A stretch of 28,591 nt of DNA from assembly GCA_024275415.1 (NCBI GenBank), contig JAJRZD010000086.1, positions 1-28,591 on the forward strand, in the 5' to 3' direction. The stretch is from an archaeon. GTDB lineage: Archaea > Asgardarchaeota > Thorarchaeia > Thorarchaeales > Thorarchaeaceae. The position numbers and the translations under genes are program-made. Positions 25,971 through 28,591 of this stretch are shown here, piece by piece; position 1 is the first letter of the stretch, and the number at the start of each line of letters is the position of its first letter. The notes under the pieces are model-generated. The model was given only the letters and a program-made list of their open reading frames with translations, searched no databases and was not told the origin of the DNA.

Positions 25971-26981
25971 ATGAGTGATTTCAAATTCAAGGACTTCGTC
26001 GAGCGACATCCAAACATCAAGTTTTTCTTCACGGGTGGTAAGGGAGGTGTAGGTAAGACTGTTAGTGCCGCTGCTATTGCCCAATATTTTGCTTCTCAGG
26101 GACGGAAGGCACTTCTTGCCTCTCTAAATCCAATCCACTCCCTTTCGACGTTGTACGGGCAAGATATGTGGGGGAAAGGAATTCAGAAGATTGAAGGAAT
26201 CGATAATCTGTGGGGTGTTGAGGTCGATATCAAAGAGAAGATATCGACATATCGTGACCAGCTTAGCGAACGCATCACCTCATTTCTCAAGTGGGCTGAT
26301 ATTCCTGTTGACCCCTCGGCATTCATTGATATCGCAGTCACTAATCCGGCCTTTGAAGAGTCGGCCCAGTTTGACACCATGACTGATATCATGCTTGAGC
26401 ATGGCGACTCTTATGACGTAATTGTGTTTGATTGTGCTGCTGTTGCCAATGCTATCCGGTTGCTCGGTCTTAGCAAGATTTACGACTTGTGGCTTAGCCG
26501 CATGATTGAGAGCCGGAAGGAGGCTTTGTCTTTACGTGTGCAACTATCTTTCAGAAGAGATAGGGTCATGGAAGAGGTCAAACGTGATCCGATGCTTGCG
26601 GATCTCTTGAGACAACATGAGAAGAACCGTAAAGCGAAGGAAATACTTAGTGACGCAGAAAGAACGGCATTCGTATTCGTGACAATCCCATTGGCGCTGC
26701 CGATTGCTGTCGTGCAGCGGTTCATATCGATGGTCCGCGCTTTTGACATCCCTGTCGGAGGAGTCTTTGTTAATAGGGTCATCCCACAGGAGGCAGCCGA
26801 ATCAGACTCGACGGACTACATGAAGAATAGCTATCTACAGCAATCACGATACCTAGATATGATACAAGAAAAATTGGGCGATTTGGTATCAGCCTATGTC
26901 CCTCTGTATCCCACAGAAGTGGCTGGTGTGGATGGGATTGCAAAGTTCTGTGATGACATGCTGAACTTTAATCCTGAGTAG
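25971..26981 (+). CDS. ArsA/Get3/TRC40-family ATPase, subunit 2 (degenerate catalytic motifs)
   Basis: GKGGVGKTVS; switch I SLNPIHSLS (Asn in place of the catalytic Asp); switch II DCAAVANAIRLL; TAFVFVTIP; FVNRV. RBS GGAG, with a 3-bp gap after subunit 1. Confidence 0.9.
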   Translation: MSDFKFKDFVERHPNIKFFFTGGKGGVGKTVSAAAIAQYFASQGRKALLASLNPIHSLSTLYGQDMWGKGIQKIEGIDNLWGVEVDIKEKISTYRDQLSERITSFLKWADIPVDPSAFIDIAVTNPAFEESAQFDTMTDIMLEHGDSYDVIVFDCAAVANAIRLLGLSKIYDLWLSRMIESRKEALSLRVQLSFRRDRVMEEVKRDPMLADLLRQHEKNRKAKEILSDAERTAFVFVTIPLALPIAVVQRFISMVRAFDIPVGGVFVNRVIPQEAAESDSTDYMKNSYLQQSRYLDMIQEKLGDLVSAYVPLYPTEVAGVDGIAKFCDDMLNFNPE

Positions 26982-27285
26982 TCACCCATATGATCTATTC
27001 CAGCTCTCTCCAAAGGTTATGTGAGTAGGATGACCAGCTGCTGGCCATGTGAACGAAGCAATCTGTCAGTTCCACTCCATATCGGCGCTGTGTGAAAAGT
27101 TAACATGGTTGTTTCTGTTTGAAATCAGCACAATTGATTGCGTGTCAGAACTCCAACGCCTTGACCCTTACCACTATCGATTGTATGATATCCGGTTGGA
27201 CTTTCCACATAGATCTCTCCATATAAACAACCTCTAAAGCACAGATTCTGCTTTTATCAGAGATAGTTAAGGGTGTGATTCGAAA

Positions 27286-27642
27286 ATGGCAATTACAGTA
27301 GAGCCCGAGGATATTATTAGGATTGACATCAAGTATCGTGAAATCGGTGACACAAGTGATGGGTATGCGGTCGTGTATCTTCGTGAGCATATACCAGAAG
27401 TACGTACATTTCATTTCACATTCTCGATGCATAACGAGGATTTTCAGAGGCAAGTTGTGGCTTTGACAGAAACAGGCCAACAATCAGGCTATCTGCTCAC
27501 TTTGAGTCGGAAATCTCGGTTTGTTCTTGCACTGGAGAAGGCAATGGTGGGTGCATTAGCCGGCCTAGAATATCAAAGTCAAGGTTGTCCCTCTTGTCGA
27601 ATGATTGATACATTTGTGTCCTCCAAACGTTATTCAGAGTAG
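27286..27642 (+). CDS. Hypothetical protein
   Basis: 118-aa ATG-started ORF with protein-like composition, preceded by GGGTGTG. Contains a CPSC motif near the C-terminus. Confidence 0.6.
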   Translation: MAITVEPEDIIRIDIKYREIGDTSDGYAVVYLREHIPEVRTFHFTFSMHNEDFQRQVVALTETGQQSGYLLTLSRKSRFVLALEKAMVGALAGLEYQSQGCPSCRMIDTFVSSKRYSE

Positions 27643-27726
27643 TCGGCAACCAGTCCCAAACCCGATTCAAATTGTGTATGGCAAAGCCTAAAGGTTAGTA
27701 CAGCATATCAGAATCTAGGTGATTCC

Positions 27727-28275
27727 ATGCGTATCTCAGGTTCAGATGAAGAGAACAAGTCCGTTATTGATGTTGCTCGACTCATGCTCCTCGCTGCGAG
27801 AACCGCTCCCAAAGCTGGAGGTAAGGATGATATCGAAACCATGATTCTCACAGGTGATGACAAAGATGACATTGCTAAGGAGATGCGGAAGATGGCCGAA
27901 GTGTATGGAGACATGTTTGTTCGAGATGCGATCAACGTGGAACAGGCATCCGCACTCATGCTTATCGGACTAAAGGGTTTCAAGTCGGTTGGAGTGAATT
28001 GCGGCGCTTGTGGATATGAAACATGTGCTGATTTCACCGATGCCGACCAAAAACACGGAGCAGCATTCACCGGGCCTATCTGTGTCATAAAAGCTCTCGA
28101 TCTTGGTATAGCATTAGGAAGTGCGGTCAAGACCGCACAAATACACAATGTCGATAACCGCGTCTTCTATCGGTCAGGTGCAGCAGCCATCAATCTAAAA
28201 GTGATGCCAGACTGCCCAATAATACTATGTATTCCCCTCTCAGCAACCGGCAAGAACGTCTTCTTTGATCGGTAG
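27727..28275 (+). CDS. DUF2148 / ferredoxin-domain Fe-S protein (nitroreductase-like)
   Basis: LLAARTAPKAGGKDDI, NCGACGYETC, GPICVIKALDLGIALGSAVKTA and VDNRV. RBS GGTGA precedes the ATG at 27727. Confidence 0.85.
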   Translation: MRISGSDEENKSVIDVARLMLLAARTAPKAGGKDDIETMILTGDDKDDIAKEMRKMAEVYGDMFVRDAINVEQASALMLIGLKGFKSVGVNCGACGYETCADFTDADQKHGAAFTGPICVIKALDLGIALGSAVKTAQIHNVDNRVFYRSGAAAINLKVMPDCPIILCIPLSATGKNVFFDR

Positions 28276-28523
28276 AATTGAAACACTATTGCCTACCGTT
28301 TATTGTAAGTTGTACAAGCTTTGACACCAGAGTGTTGTACTTCCAGAGTACGGCACTGGGTGGACTCTGAGATCCTACGTGTGTCATGGATGCCCTCACT
28401 GAGTATGTCTCGTCGAAACTATACAAGCACCACAACAAGATGTCCGGGATCGTCTAGAGTTTGTACAGATATTGACAACCCAAGACTAATCATGCACTTT
28501 TTCACTGAGAAGAGGTGGTTAAA

Positions 28524-28591
28524 TCAAATCTGCTCTATAAGTTTCTTTAGAACCGAGTGATGACGGTTTTCATCTTCCAGAACATGTTCAA
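28524..28591 (-). CDS. C-terminal end of a probable ferritin-like/rubrerythrin-family protein, truncated by the window edge
   Basis: Not in the ORF track. The minus strand from 28589 reads EHVLEDENRHHSVLKKLIEQI* (TGA at 28526-28524), containing the ferritin-like DExxH diiron motif. Confidence 0.5.
   Translation of the reverse strand, partial: EHVLEDENRHHSVLKKLIEQI

Noticed and set aside
24960-26981. Arsenic-resistance operon (arsA)
   Set aside because: No arsB, acr3, arsC, arsR or arsD; single-domain ATPases; no recognisable metalloid-binding Cys set.
27262-27270. GATAGTTAA, matching half of the DUF438 operator
   Set aside because: Only a 9-bp half-site with no second arm; compatible with chance or a generic TATA context.
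1-28591. tRNA, rRNA, CRISPR arrays and transposases
   Set aside because: None recognised on reading. No regularly spaced repeats or IS-type ORFs were seen; a covariance-model scan was not possible.

Overview
Archaeal chromosomal window, most likely from an Asgard archaeon of Thorarchaeia type. This is inferred from a Rab-like GTPase, a eukaryote-like membrane biogenesis protein, GGAGG/GGTGA ribosome-binding sites and TATA-type promoters. Gene order: a 5'-truncated giant (>1,890 aa) membrane-anchored surface glycoprotein; YbjN-like protein; DMT transporter; DUF438/PAS protein; Rab-like GTPase; a minus-strand run of rpe, tal, amidohydrolase and mutL; a minus-strand run of RACo (corrinoid reductive activator), fetA and fetB; CPBP protease; MtrH-family methyltransferase; a probable CCDC47 (PAT complex) homologue; an orphan; a CstA-family transporter followed by two paralogous small proteins and two ArsA/Get3-family ATPases; an orphan; a DUF2148 protein; and the 3' tip of a probable ferritin-like gene. 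The strongest candidates for novelty are (1) the five-gene CstA + 2 small proteins + 2 Get3-like ATPase module, in which the second ATPase naturally carries the D-to-N catalytic substitution (predicted asymmetric heterodimer), (2) the archaeal CCDC47-like protein, and (3) an exact 19-bp element shared upstream of the two corrinoid-methyltransfer genes. I recognised no rRNA, tRNA, CRISPR array or transposase. All family assignments come from motif recognition and remembered sequences, not database searches.
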